From an uncultured Candidatus Saccharibacteria bacterium (lineage in GTDB: Bacteria > Patescibacteriota > Minisyncoccia > Phycocordibacterales > Zambryskibacteraceae), in NCBI GenBank assembly GCA_964446535.1, contig CAYUOR010000001.1:7283-71282 (forward strand): DNA of 64,000 bases, given 5' to 3'. The notes beneath the pieces were generated by a model. It had not been told where the DNA came from. It made no database searches and saw only the letters and a program-made list of their open reading frames with translations. The translations under genes and the position numbers were made by a program. Shown one piece after another: positions 1 to 9,596 of the stretch (the first letter of the stretch is position 1; each line of letters starts with the position of its first letter).

Positions 1-1
1 G

Positions 2-1108
2 ATAAAAATCATACCACCGGCGCCGAGAACAAAAAGGGGACGAGTCCCCTCTTTTGACAGAATTTTAAAGGCACTCAAGGAATCTTTTAGAAAACAAGAG
101 CTTGTTTCTAATAAAAAACTGGTTCAGCTCAGACGAGCAAAGGAGAATCCTATTATCAAACCAACACGAAGATTCTGGGAGGCGAAAGGTACTTTTAATG
201 CGGGGGTGGCGCAGGTCGGCGGTAAAATCCATATACTTTATAGAGCTTTCTCCAGAAATAACCGGTCTACGATCGGCTACGCTGTCACTAAGAATGGTTT
301 TAAAATTACCGAACGTCTTAGGCACCCAGTTTATATTTCGGAACAAGATTTTAAACCACTCAAACCCTCAAGGAAAAAAGAGGTGCCGGCGAGCGCAGAA
401 GATCCGCGTTTAGTTAAAATTGGATCAAGAATATATATGTCTTACACGATTTTTGCCGGTGACTTCAGTTCAATTAAGGTCGCCTTAACATCAATAAGTG
501 TTAAGGATTTTTTGAATAAAAAATGGAATTGGTCCAAGCCTATTCTTATGACTGATCCCAATAAAAGACATAAAAATCTTGTACTTTTTCCGCAGAAAAT
601 AAAAGGGAAATTCGCAATTTTAACGAGAATTTCGCCGAAAATATCGATAAAATACATTAAAAATTTAGAGAAATATTTTAACGGTAAGCGCTTTATTGAA
701 CACGAATATAAAAAAGTTTTTCGAAAGCAATTTTGGGATTCCTGGACCAGGGGTGCTGGACCAGCACCGATAAAAACTAGAGCGGGCTGGTTGGTGCTCT
801 ACCACGCCATAGATAAAACAGAACCCTTCCGTTTTAAACTCGGGGCGATGATACTTGATTCCAAAAATCCAACAAAAATTCTTTATCGTTCAAGTCATCC
901 TATCCTTGCGCCAGACGCTATATATGAAAATATCGGCAAGCCGGGAATTGTCTACTCATGCGGCGCCATCGTCAAGAAAGGAGTCCTCTTTGTTTATTAC
1001 GGCGGAGCTGACAGAGTGCTTTGTGTCGCTACGGTCAAACTAAAAGATTTAATAAAAGATTTGAAGGAAAAGAACGAAATGGAGTTAGAAAGAGGCTTTA
1101 AGGTCTAG
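2..1108 (+). CDS. Glycoside hydrolase family 130 (DUF377) beta-mannoside/glycoside phosphorylase-like protein; 5' end probably outside the window
   Basis: The track ORF 206..1108 begins at a GTG, but the same frame is open back to nt 2. It encodes conserved GH130 N-terminal motifs upstream of 206 (ENPIIKP...WEAKGTFNAGVAQVGGKIHILYRA), and no ATG/GTG/TTG start lies between 2 and 206. The rest matches the GH130 beta-propeller fold (GWLVLYHA, GAMILD, VYYGGAD). Confidence 0.65.
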   Translation: MKIIPPAPRTKRGRVPSFDRILKALKESFRKQELVSNKKLVQLRRAKENPIIKPTRRFWEAKGTFNAGVAQVGGKIHILYRAFSRNNRSTIGYAVTKNGFKITERLRHPVYISEQDFKPLKPSRKKEVPASAEDPRLVKIGSRIYMSYTIFAGDFSSIKVALTSISVKDFLNKKWNWSKPILMTDPNKRHKNLVLFPQKIKGKFAILTRISPKISIKYIKNLEKYFNGKRFIEHEYKKVFRKQFWDSWTRGAGPAPIKTRAGWLVLYHAIDKTEPFRFKLGAMILDSKNPTKILYRSSHPILAPDAIYENIGKPGIVYSCGAIVKKGVLFVYYGGADRVLCVATVKLKDLIKDLKEKNEMELERGFKV

Positions 1109-1618
1109 TTATCTAACCGTGAGAGTTCCCCACATACCCTGGGCTCTGTGACTACCTACGGAGCAGTAATATTCAAACGAACCCGCTTTATCGGCAACAA
1201 AAGTTATTGTCTCTGTTTGACCAGCACTCAAAATTTTGGTGGCTGCCCCGGAGAACTCGTCAATTCTAAGGTCGTGCGTACCGCCGGTATTTCTGAAAGT
1301 GATTTTTACCGTATCACCTTTATTGACGGTTAGAGTGGCTGGTTTAAAAGAAAGACGATCATTATCAATCGTAAATTCTTTCACCGTAGAAGCCTGGTTT
1401 GAGGCGGGTGTGGGCGAACTGGAAGTTGGTGTTGGTGCTTGTGGTTGAGACGATACCGCCTGTTCTTCAACGGTCATCTCTTCAACCGAGCTATCCCCTG
1501 CTGGCATGGCATTTTCAATTAGCCCATCGGTAGGGGCGGCGCTTTTATTTTTAAACAAAAAGAGGGCGCCGACAATAACCAAAACAACAACCAAAACAGC
1601 GGCCCATTTGTTATTCAT
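1109..1618 (-). CDS. Membrane-anchored cupredoxin (plastocyanin/azurin-like type-1 copper protein)
   Basis: N-terminal TM helix, then a Pro/Ser/Thr-rich linker, then a cupredoxin domain. Type-1 Cu ligands are His (GGTHDL), Cys-x2-His (YYCSVGSH) and Met (QGMWG). Stop at 1109-1111 abuts the GH130 stop. Confidence 0.75.
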   Translation of the reverse strand: MNNKWAAVLVVVLVIVGALFLFKNKSAAPTDGLIENAMPAGDSSVEEMTVEEQAVSSQPQAPTPTSSSPTPASNQASTVKEFTIDNDRLSFKPATLTVNKGDTVKITFRNTGGTHDLRIDEFSGAATKILSAGQTETITFVADKAGSFEYYCSVGSHRAQGMWGTLTVR

Positions 1619-1624
1619 AATGGA

Positions 1625-1630
1625 ATTATA
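1625..1630 (-). promoter_or_regulatory. TATAAT -10 hexamer 6 nt upstream of the cupredoxin ATG (leaderless-type promoter)
   Basis: Minus strand reads agcTATAATtccattATG. There is no SD. The hexamer lies within the 3' end of ftsX. Confidence 0.35.
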
Positions 1631-2564
1631 GCTTGAGATACTTTCTTATAGCAAGAGCGCTTGAGATGGCGCCAATTAAGACTCCAGAGCCGAGAATAAT
1701 TGCTGCAATTTGAAGGAAATAGTCAAGGTAATAAGAATAAATATTAAAACCGATAAAGAAACCTTCCGTGATATCGGCTAACCAATAAGTTATGGGTAAA
1801 AGAGCAAGAAGGGTTAAAACACCGGCCACTACGCCATAAATTACCCCCAGAACGACGAATGGCCCTTGGATATAGCGCGTAGAAGCGCCAACAAGGCGCA
1901 TAACGCTTATTTCATCCTTAGCTAGATAAATTGTGAGTCTAATGGTATTAAAGGCTATAAGGACCGAAATTACGGCAAAGAAGATGGTTAAGATAAGCCC
2001 TAATTTGTCTGCAGCTGAGATGACGTTCGTTAGTTTGTCTATGGCGGTTTTATTTTGGAAATAGTTAACCTTATCAACGATAGTAATACCCTCGGACGAG
2101 AGGGTGTCTCCGCTACCCAGAAAATCTGCCACAGAGGCATATTGAGCGGGATCCTTGGCTTTAATATTTAAAACCGCGCCCAGGGGGTTCTCACCAAGCT
2201 CGTCCAGGGCGGCAAGTATCGACTGATCATTGGCATGACGTTCTTTAAACTCGGCGAGAGCGGCATCGCGAGAAACGTAGGTGACGTGAGAGACCTCCTG
2301 AAGCGATTCTATTTCCTGTTTCAGACTAAGAATGTCTTCTTCTTTCGCTGTCGTGACAAAAGTTACGTTAATATCTATTTTACTCTTTAATTCCTCAAGA
2401 GTGGTGTCGAGAATAGCGCTTGAAAAGGATATGAGACCTATGACAAGAAGAGTCACCATCATAACAAGAACCGAAGCGAAGGAAACTGTGCCATCTCTCC
2501 AGAAATTGAAGAATCCGGTCCGCAGTACTCTCTTCAGTTTTGTTAAAAATATGGATTGCGTCAT
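1626..2564 (-). CDS. ftsX: Cell division permease FtsX
   Basis: 312 aa. N-terminal cytoplasmic segment, TM1, a large extracytoplasmic loop, then three C-terminal TM helices (FtsX fold). Overlaps ftsE by 4 nt. Confidence 0.85.
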   Translation of the reverse strand: MTQSIFLTKLKRVLRTGFFNFWRDGTVSFASVLVMMVTLLVIGLISFSSAILDTTLEELKSKIDINVTFVTTAKEEDILSLKQEIESLQEVSHVTYVSRDAALAEFKERHANDQSILAALDELGENPLGAVLNIKAKDPAQYASVADFLGSGDTLSSEGITIVDKVNYFQNKTAIDKLTNVISAADKLGLILTIFFAVISVLIAFNTIRLTIYLAKDEISVMRLVGASTRYIQGPFVVLGVIYGVVAGVLTLLALLPITYWLADITEGFFIGFNIYSYYLDYFLQIAAIILGSGVLIGAISSALAIRKYLKL

Positions 2565-3241
2565 ACGCTGTATCTGCCACTCTTGTCATCGCGAACCACC
2601 CTACCCTTCTCTATGGCGACAACTCGGCGTTTGAGTGAATCAATTATACCCTTGTTGTGAGTAGCGAGTATCACTGTTGTGCCAAGATTATTTATCTTCT
2701 TTAGAATCTGGACTACGTCATAAGTATTAGCCGGATCGAGGTTGCCGGTCGGCTCATCAGCGATAATTACTTCGGGATCATTTACCAGGGCTCTCGCTAT
2801 GGCCACCCTCTGTTTCTCTCCACCAGAGAGCTCGTGTGGGAAGTTCCAAATCTTAGAGGTAAGGTCAACAAGCTCAAGAACGTGGGGAACGTCGGCGTTA
2901 ATTTCCTCATCCGTTCTGCCTGCCGCCTCCATAGTGAAGGCGATATTCTCATACACAGTCTTATTCGGCAGAAGTCTGAAATCTTGAAAAACCATACCCA
3001 CATTTCTACGAAAAACATCCATTTGTTTCTTGCTCAAGGTGTGAATATTGACGGAATCATAATAAACCGCCCCTTGGCTGGGTTTTTCTTCTGCTAGGAA
3101 AAGTTTAAGAAGAGTTGTTTTCCCCGCTCCAGACGGACCAACGATGGAAACAAACTCCTGGGGTTCTATAGAGAGCGTCACGTCTTCTAGGGCGACGGAG
3201 TTATCCGGATATACTTTTGAGACGCGGTCAAAGATAATCAT
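2561..3241 (-). CDS. ftsE: Cell division ABC ATPase FtsE
   Basis: Walker [13 protein letters not shown] signature LSGGEKQR, Walker [13 protein letters not shown]-loop. 226 aa. Confidence 0.9.
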   Translation of the reverse strand: MIIFDRVSKVYPDNSVALEDVTLSIEPQEFVSIVGPSGAGKTTLLKLFLAEEKPSQGAVYYDSVNIHTLSKKQMDVFRRNVGMVFQDFRLLPNKTVYENIAFTMEAAGRTDEEINADVPHVLELVDLTSKIWNFPHELSGGEKQRVAIARALVNDPEVIIADEPTGNLDPANTYDVVQILKKINNLGTTVILATHNKGIIDSLKRRVVAIEKGRVVRDDKSGRYSV

Positions 3242-3300
3242 TTAGCGTAATTCTATCACGTGTGAATTGGCTCAACAAGAAATATGTTATATTACTAACC

Positions 3301-3894
3301 ATGAAAAAAGAAATTTTAGTGCTTATAGCCATAGTGGCAGTTGGTGTAATCTTGTTTCTTGGTGCGGGTGCCTCAGAAAAAGAAAGGGGTGCGAGCCGAG
3401 ATTTGTCTTCAACAATAAAATCGTTTTCTCTTTTTGGCGATAATTTGAAGAATTCCGAGACAGCAAGCGCTGTTGCCTGGGAATCTTTTGACGCCTACAT
3501 GGAGGCCGCCAAGACTCATAACCTAGAAACTCTTAGAGGTCTATCTTATAAGCTTTCTCCGGCCTGCCTTGATTCTGCAAGAGAGGAAGAGTGTTTTGCT
3601 CTTATGGACAGTGTCTACACGATAGCAAGCTCTCTTGATAAATCTGGCTTCAGACATATAGAGTTCGACAGGAAGCAGATTGTCATGTGGACAGACGGAC
3701 CTGGAGTAGCGATACTCTATTTCACAAGAGAGGGGCGAGAGAAGCCGAAGATTCTTGGCTTACAGTTCTGTCTGGAACTTGAAGAGGGTGACCCGTGTGT
3801 TAAACAAGAGCTTCTTAAAAATGACGAGAACGGCAACGGCTGGTGGGATAGAGTCGAAGAGCTTATAAATGAGCCCGCTCCTGCTAGCCAATAA
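3301..3894 (+). CDS. Hypothetical membrane-anchored/secreted protein
   Basis: Signal-anchor MKKEILVLIAIVAVGVILFLGAGAS; no recognizable domain. An alternative GTG start lies at 3262. Confidence 0.45.
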   Translation: MKKEILVLIAIVAVGVILFLGAGASEKERGASRDLSSTIKSFSLFGDNLKNSETASAVAWESFDAYMEAAKTHNLETLRGLSYKLSPACLDSAREEECFALMDSVYTIASSLDKSGFRHIEFDRKQIVMWTDGPGVAILYFTREGREKPKILGLQFCLELEEGDPCVKQELLKNDENGNGWWDRVEELINEPAPASQ

Positions 3895-4894
3895 TTATTT
3901 CGGGGAAAAGATAGTTTTTCGCGGCGTAGAAAAGTATTAATACAAGGACAAAGAGTGTTGCCACGTAGGCAATGTGTTTCGGGTGTTGGCGTCTTGGTTC
4001 TACCACTAAAAGTAACACTAAGGCGATAAGAACAATGGCGCCAAGAATAACATAGGCGAATTCAAGCATGGTCTTTGGTGAGGAAAGAGCTTTGTCCACA
4101 GCCGAAGTTTCTTTACTGACGCCCACCTCATTATCTTCTAAGACTTCCGACAATGCATAATCACTGTTCTGAACAGCTATAAATTGTTCATTTTCCGTGA
4201 GCACTTCAACATTTTCAGATAAAACTTCTACGCTTGATTCATTCGAATTTACGGCAATTTGACTACTATCATTCGGGGTGGTCGCTGGCTCCGCTGATTC
4301 TGCGGTTGTAGCTAGGACTGCTGTGCGCTTTGGTGCCGGCCGACCAAAGAGCTGGACAACATAGATAGTCTCGCGTCCGTTGTAGTAGCCCGGAGCCATG
4401 GCGATACCTATTTCGGTAAACTTATCATTCATAATATTGGCCCTGTGGCCTTCGGAATTCATCCAGGCAAGAACCACATCAGAGGAGTCGTTGAAATTGA
4501 CTGCCAGATTTTCCCCGGCGTAAAGAAATTCATATCCACCCTCTTTAAACCAGTACCACGGACTCCTACCCTCCGGACTCGTGTGGGCAAAGTAGCTCTT
4601 TGACGCCATGTCATTTGCTTTCAGCTGAGCGGCGTAAGCAAGGGTTTCATTTTGTACAAGAGGCGCAATATTCTGGTTGATTCGATTAGAGTTTGTCAGA
4701 TCAACAAGAACAGAAGTAATAACTGCCGAAAGGAGGCCGGGATGACGGGTTACGTATGAATTTAGAAAAAATGCGAGGTTGAATATCGCGATCGCCAGAA
4801 GAGCGAAAACGACAACATTCTTACCGCGGGCGAAGTGTGGTTTGTAGTCGTTACCTTCGTGTGGGACAAAGTGATTTTTCAACCTCCTTCTCAT
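3884..4894 (-). CDS. CAP/SCP/PR1-like domain protein with N- and C-terminal TM segments
   Basis: CAP-domain motifs (YFAHTSPEGRSPWYWFKEGGY...GENLA...WMNSEGHRANIM), an acidic S/E-rich linker, and a C-terminal TM helix. The ATG is preceded by the extended -10 tgTGaTATAAT with 9 nt to the ATG. Confidence 0.7.
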   Translation of the reverse strand: MRRRLKNHFVPHEGNDYKPHFARGKNVVVFALLAIAIFNLAFFLNSYVTRHPGLLSAVITSVLVDLTNSNRINQNIAPLVQNETLAYAAQLKANDMASKSYFAHTSPEGRSPWYWFKEGGYEFLYAGENLAVNFNDSSDVVLAWMNSEGHRANIMNDKFTEIGIAMAPGYYNGRETIYVVQLFGRPAPKRTAVLATTAESAEPATTPNDSSQIAVNSNESSVEVLSENVEVLTENEQFIAVQNSDYALSEVLEDNEVGVSKETSAVDKALSSPKTMLEFAYVILGAIVLIALVLLLVVEPRRQHPKHIAYVATLFVLVLILFYAAKNYLFPEIIIG

Positions 4895-4903
4895 TTCTGG
4901 AAG

Positions 4904-4912
4904 ATTATATCA
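4904..4912 (-). promoter_or_regulatory. Extended -10 (TGaTATAAT) 9 nt upstream of the CAP-domain gene ATG; leaderless-type
   Basis: Minus strand reads tgTGaTATAATcttccagaaATG. Confidence 0.35.
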
Positions 4913-4979
4913 CATATTAAAGCAAAAAACTAGACCCATAATTTGTGGGTCTAGTTTTGCCTTTCTCTATTGGGAAAAT

Positions 4980-7900
4980 CTATCTTCCGAAAAGCTTTTT
5001 AAGGAAGTTTAAGAATCCACCTCCGTTACCGTCAGCATTTCCTGCGGTGGCGGTAAGATCGTTCAGATCCAATTCTTCCTCACCGTCATCACCTTCAGGC
5101 GTATTCTGGCTTGTAGGTTGAATCGCTGGAGCATTCTCCGGAACGAAGCTTAATGGTTCTTTCGGTGTGTTAGGATTCTTCGACCATTCAATAAGTTCTG
5201 GAATCTGAATGGCTAGATCTGGGCACTCAAGCATGTTTATCCAGCGCAGAGTTGTCTGGTAGACAAGGCCTGTCGGGCCAGAGAGGTTCCATGGGGTAAG
5301 CACTTCGTTTGCGTATTTTTCTTGGAATGCTCTAAGGGCGGCAAGAGTTTGCGGTCCGTAAACCCCGGTAATGGGTAAGTTTGTGCCCATCCATTTGTTT
5401 AAGAACGCTTGAAGCTTCTTAACCTGCTCCACATCATTCCTAGATGAACCGAAGCGAATGAATTTATCCATGTAGAGACCGCAGCTCTCGCCAAGAACCT
5501 GACCGGTTGAAGCCCCGAGAACCGAACCACCTCTGAAATCACCTGGGCGACTAGTCGGGTTAAATTCGTCTGTCTCATCGTTGTCATTAGGATCGTAGGA
5601 ACCAGAGTTATTGGCATCGCCGTCAGTGTGGCAACCAGGGTCAGCTGAGTCTACAAGACCGTCTCCGTCGTTGTTTACACCGTCAGAACATTGTGGCGGA
5701 TTGGAGGGTGGTTCTTGAGGAGGAACACATTCCTGTGACTCGGGGTCCCATGTATCCGGTGATTCACACTGATCGCTTTCGCATGGTCCGCTAGTTTGAA
5801 CACCATTTACATATGGACAGACATCAACCACCTGAGTCGGAGCATTAAAGCCGACACAGTGATAGGTCTTACCTGCCTCAACAGGATTAATAAAGTCATA
5901 ATTATCGTAATTTAGAACATCGTTTGAACAATAGAATTCTGCCGAAACATCCTGATCCCTTGGTTCCGTTATATCGCCAGAGAACGGCACATAGCCGGAC
6001 TCAAACTGTTCCCTGACCCAAATAAGAGAGCCCGCCGGAACGTATGCTAGAGCTGGAGTCGGCGCAATAGAGTCAAACTCTGTCCAAGCACCATCTGCGT
6101 CTCCAACATTGTCTCCGGGATTTGATGTTCCATTGGGAGCCCACTCAAATGTCCAGTTTGCGAGACGGCACGACGGATTTTCTTCAAGAAATTCAGAAGC
6201 CGTGTCCGCAGTTATATCAGCTGCACCGTAGCCCCAGTTCGGCAGAAGATCTTCTGTCGGGCAAACAATTTTTAAGGCGGAAATAGTTGCGGTTTCTGGT
6301 TCTGGTTCCTTAGGAACACACTGATTTTCTTCGTTAAGATATTCGTTCTCGTCACACTGTGGAGGAGGGGGGTTATCGCAGTCTTTTGCTGTCCAGCTTA
6401 GTGCGAAGAGTAAACCACCGGGGTTATTGGTCTGTGGAGAGTTCGGCAGAGCCCAGTTTTTAACTCTGATTTCAAGCGTATTTGAGCCATCAATCAAGTA
6501 ACTTGATACGTCCCAAGAGTCTGCTGATGAGTGATTATTTTCGCTGGCGTCAGAGCCTACTAGATTGCCGTTAACCCAGACCTCATAAGAATTGTCAGAG
6601 GCGACATTGAGAGCACCAGACTGTGGGTCACCATTGACATTGAAGGTTCTTTTAAAGGTAACCCACTTATCCACCTGCCAATCGGGATCATACGGATCGT
6701 TAGACCAAATCCACTTGGCATTGGCATCGCCCACATTAGCACCCCAAACTCCTGAACCGAGCGACTGTATTGCTGGAACGACTGAGACTAGTGGCGCCGA
6801 GTAATCAACCGTTGTATCTGGATCGGCTAAATTAAAGACAACCTTCGTAACTTCGGTGTCGCCGTCACTTACTATAGAGCCCTCGGTTTCTTTACAGTCA
6901 ACCTTGCAAACAAGACTTATGTCGTCTAGATATCCACCGTAACTAGTGTCAGTACCGTTGTCGTAGAATTCGATTTTGGTCGTCGGGGAACTCGCGGTGA
7001 ATACGCGACTGATATTTTCCCAAACCGTATTACCGTTCGCGCTACCATCTGTGGCGACATTAGCGCCGAGCACAGAGCCGTCAACTTTTACTTGTAGACT
7101 ATTGTCTGCCAGATTGCGACCAGGTCTGGGAGAGTACTTGAAGTTAAGTTCATATTTCTGTCCAACGATGGTTGGAATGTTTTGCCAGATTGTTACGGGA
7201 TGATCTCCGTCCAATTCTGCGTGTTGATTGCCAGAAGCTGGTGCACCCGCAACATTATTCTGAATCTCCAAACCTAAAGCTCCATTCTCTTGTGGAACCA
7301 CCCAGGCAACTAGCCACTTAAGAAGTGGATTTGAATCGGGAATAATGCTCCAAGTTCCATTGCTTAAGGCTGGCGCCTCGAAACCACCATTTTCAAGGAG
7401 GTTCAATTCTGGAATACAAGCCAGGGGTTCTTCAAATTCGTTAGTAAAGACACAAGTGACAATTTCTCCTGCGGAGAGATTTATTTCATTTGGCGAAGAT
7501 TGATCAGAGCAGACAGCAGATGATAGAGACCAGTTTTCAGGAAGATTTACTTCTTCTACAGAGTAAGTTCCAGGATTCAGGTAGCCACTATCATTCGTCT
7601 GTCCGTCGCTAAGAGAGAAATTTGATTCGTCGTAAGAAGTGTTGAACTCAAACGAGACTTCGCTCTCGTCAGGCAGAGTTTGCTTCTCTACGATAATCTT
7701 TCCCTGCTTGGTGTTGGTAATCGTGCAAGTATGCGGACCGTTACCGCTATCAACATCAATATTGTTGCAGTGATTAGCATTCGCTCCTGGTCTATCGCTA
7801 GAATAGGTTGTTACCCAACCAGCCGGTGAATTTTCAGATACGTCATAAGCGCCGTTTTTATCAAGCCCGGTAACAAGATTCTCACCATCTGCTTCAAATT

Positions 7901-8762
7901 GGTGGTTAGTGGGAGCCTCTACACCCTGCTTATCAAGTACAAAGCTAAAGTCATCGGGAGTATCGCCTTCCCCGCCCCCGACAATCACTTTCTTAACAAT
8001 GAGTTGAATAAGTTCATTGGTATAAGTACACCTTACTTCCCCGCTTGTTTGCAGGTTTATAGTGACAGCCCTATTTTCCAAATCAACAACAGCACTTTGA
8101 TCCGTACAGACGATGCTTGTTAGTAAATAATCATCATCGGCCCCTTCTGTTACGGTATATGAACCAGCCTGAAGATTTTCTAACCTTTTTTCGTTTGATA
8201 ACTGCTGGTTGTTGTCGTCATCAAGAGAAAAGTTTGTTTGCAGTGCTCCGGTAACGGTAAAGTTGAAGTCATCACCGCTTCCAGGGATCACTATTTTCTT
8301 GATTTTTATAAGACCAAGACTTTTAACCTTTAAAACATCAGTAAAGGTGTGTGAATCGTCTTCGGAGCCAGAGCAATTATTGTTGGTACCGTTACCATTT
8401 GTACCATATGCTTCTATGGCTAAATCATAGACTCCCGGATTGTTGGGAGCTGGGACATTAAATGTTTTCGTATATGTACCACTAGATGTTTCGTCTGAAG
8501 TATTTACGCACACAGAGGGATTACCGTCACTAATCCAATCCCAACTAGTACTCTCCCAGTCGTCGCCACCAGTCGTTGTAACTGTAACAGCAACAGATAC
8601 CGAATCACCTGGAAAGACTTCCAGCTGATCTTGTCCGTTAAGTTTTACCGAGGTGATATTTGTCGCAGCGGAAGCGGCTTGCGGAGAGACTACAAACAGG
8701 AATCCGAACACCAAGAAGGTGCCCAAAACAAAACTTATTTTCTTCATGTTATTTACAATCAA
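4980..8762 (-). CDS. Giant secreted cell-surface protein (1260 aa) with repeated Ig/prealbumin-like domains, Cys-knot segments and a C-terminal peptidoglycan-binding-like domain
   Basis: Signal peptide MKKISFVLGTFLVFGFLFVVSPQAASA. Repeated G.Y.V.E beta-sandwich units (LQAGSYTVTEG, LNPGTYSVEEVNL). Spaced Cys-pair modules (QCDENEYLNEENQCVP; QCESPDTWDPESQECVP). A D/N-rich calcium-binding-like stretch. C-terminus GVYGPQTLAALRAFQ resembles a PG_binding_1 domain. Confidence 0.7.
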   Translation of the reverse strand: MIVNNMKKISFVLGTFLVFGFLFVVSPQAASAATNITSVKLNGQDQLEVFPGDSVSVAVTVTTTGGDDWESTSWDWISDGNPSVCVNTSDETSSGTYTKTFNVPAPNNPGVYDLAIEAYGTNGNGTNNNCSGSEDDSHTFTDVLKVKSLGLIKIKKIVIPGSGDDFNFTVTGALQTNFSLDDDNNQQLSNEKRLENLQAGSYTVTEGADDDYLLTSIVCTDQSAVVDLENRAVTINLQTSGEVRCTYTNELIQLIVKKVIVGGGEGDTPDDFSFVLDKQGVEAPTNHQFEADGENLVTGLDKNGAYDVSENSPAGWVTTYSSDRPGANANHCNNIDVDSGNGPHTCTITNTKQGKIIVEKQTLPDESEVSFEFNTSYDESNFSLSDGQTNDSGYLNPGTYSVEEVNLPENWSLSSAVCSDQSSPNEINLSAGEIVTCVFTNEFEEPLACIPELNLLENGGFEAPALSNGTWSIIPDSNPLLKWLVAWVVPQENGALGLEIQNNVAGAPASGNQHAELDGDHPVTIWQNIPTIVGQKYELNFKYSPRPGRNLADNSLQVKVDGSVLGANVATDGSANGNTVWENISRVFTASSPTTKIEFYDNGTDTSYGGYLDDISLVCKVDCKETEGSIVSDGDTEVTKVVFNLADPDTTVDYSAPLVSVVPAIQSLGSGVWGANVGDANAKWIWSNDPYDPDWQVDKWVTFKRTFNVNGDPQSGALNVASDNSYEVWVNGNLVGSDASENNHSSADSWDVSSYLIDGSNTLEIRVKNWALPNSPQTNNPGGLLFALSWTAKDCDNPPPPQCDENEYLNEENQCVPKEPEPETATISALKIVCPTEDLLPNWGYGAADITADTASEFLEENPSCRLANWTFEWAPNGTSNPGDNVGDADGAWTEFDSIAPTPALAYVPAGSLIWVREQFESGYVPFSGDITEPRDQDVSAEFYCSNDVLNYDNYDFINPVEAGKTYHCVGFNAPTQVVDVCPYVNGVQTSGPCESDQCESPDTWDPESQECVPPQEPPSNPPQCSDGVNNDGDGLVDSADPGCHTDGDANNSGSYDPNDNDETDEFNPTSRPGDFRGGSVLGASTGQVLGESCGLYMDKFIRFGSSRNDVEQVKKLQAFLNKWMGTNLPITGVYGPQTLAALRAFQEKYANEVLTPWNLSGPTGLVYQTTLRWINMLECPDLAIQIPELIEWSKNPNTPKEPLSFVPENAPAIQPTSQNTPEGDDGEEELDLNDLTATAGNADGNGGGFLNFLKKLFGR

Positions 8763-8817
8763 AACTTGTTAATGGAAATTGGAACTCCTAGGGCGATATT
8801 CTCACAATACCTGTAGA

Positions 8818-8856
8818 GTGTCAAACAAAATCAAGCATTTGACAAACATTGTCAAT
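8818..8856 (+). promoter_or_regulatory. Operator-like cluster of three TGTCAA/TTGACA hexamers, including the inverted repeat TTGACAAacaTTGTCAA, upstream of the 8920 gene
   Basis: gTGTCAAacaaaatcaagcatTTGACAAACATTGTCAAtg, about 65 nt upstream of the GTG start. Confidence 0.3.
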
Positions 8857-8919
8857 GCGGGTACGGTTAGGCGGGTTTTGCGCCATTCTGGCGCTCATTG
8901 GGAGACTGAAGTGAAGACA

Positions 8920-9531
8920 ACGTTCTTTTCATTGATTCTCTTGTTTGCGTCGATGGCGGCGCATGCCGGAGGGACTTCCTCTGGCAGCGGTGAGCTTCTC
9001 ACTGCCTGGAACGAGGAGCAGAGTGCGAGTGCCGTCCTCTCGGGCGGTGATGGCAACTGCGTCGTGACATCGGCCAACATCTTCGTGACCAGGTTCAGGG
9101 GCGGCACGAGTGCGGGAACTTCGGGAGAAGCGCTTCGTATCTTCGTCTTCAGTATGACGAGAACGAACACTTGCACCGGTGTTCTCGAGCTCAATGCAAG
9201 CGGTGCCGGTTCCGTCGAGAATTTTTCTTTCTGGGACAGCGGCGCTTCTGTCGGCGCTTTGCTCCAGCTCACGAACACCGTGACGGGTGCTGTGGTGCCG
9301 GTGCGAATCGATCTCGTCTGGATGGCTTCTGGCGAGAAGACGGAGTACAGGAACGAGACGACGAGAACCAGACCCGACGGTTCCTGGGATACTGAAAGCA
9401 ATGTCGGCATGTCCGTCCTCTCGAGCGCCACGGGCTCTGTCTCCGACGGCGCCTTCCAGTACGCCCTGACGAACCAGGGCGCCAGCATCTCGAAGAACAG
9501 AAGGAAAACAAAGACCTTAACTCCGAACTAG
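8920..9531 (+). CDS. Secreted hypothetical protein (high-GC, probable acquired gene)
   Basis: GTG start preceded by TGGGAG (SD). Signal peptide VKTTFFSLILLFASMAAHA. GC around 58-60% with strong GC3 bias, unlike the flanking genes. The long antisense ORF 8895..9488 is judged a GC artefact. Confidence 0.5.
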   Translation, partial: TFFSLILLFASMAAHAGGTSSGSGELLTAWNEEQSASAVLSGGDGNCVVTSANIFVTRFRGGTSAGTSGEALRIFVFSMTRTNTCTGVLELNASGAGSVENFSFWDSGASVGALLQLTNTVTGAVVPVRIDLVWMASGEKTEYRNETTRTRPDGSWDTESNVGMSVLSSATGSVSDGAFQYALTNQGASISKNRRKTKTLTPN

Positions 9532-9548
9532 GAGACAATTACCAAGCC

Positions 9549-9596
9549 GCGCCCACTCTTATTGGCAAAACCAAGAGGAGTGGGCGCTTTTTTATT
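9549..9596 (+). terminator. Rho-independent terminator
   Basis: GCGCCCACTC...GAGTGGGCGC stem followed by TTTTTTATT. Overlaps the murA stop on the opposite strand. Confidence 0.5.

Noticed and set aside
2-205. Possible code-25 (TGA=Gly) recoding to explain the missing start of the GH130 gene
   Set aside because: Many well-supported genes in the window (serS, Cys-rich A, others) terminate with TGA at positions consistent with full-length homologs, and GC of about 45% is atypical for Gracilibacteria/Absconditabacteria. The missing start is better explained by the gene running off the window edge.
8895-9488. 197-aa minus-strand ORF antisense to the 8920..9531 gene
   Set aside because: It is a Pro/Ser-rich low-complexity translation typical of an antisense frame in high-GC DNA. 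The plus-strand gene has an SD, a signal peptide and a terminator.
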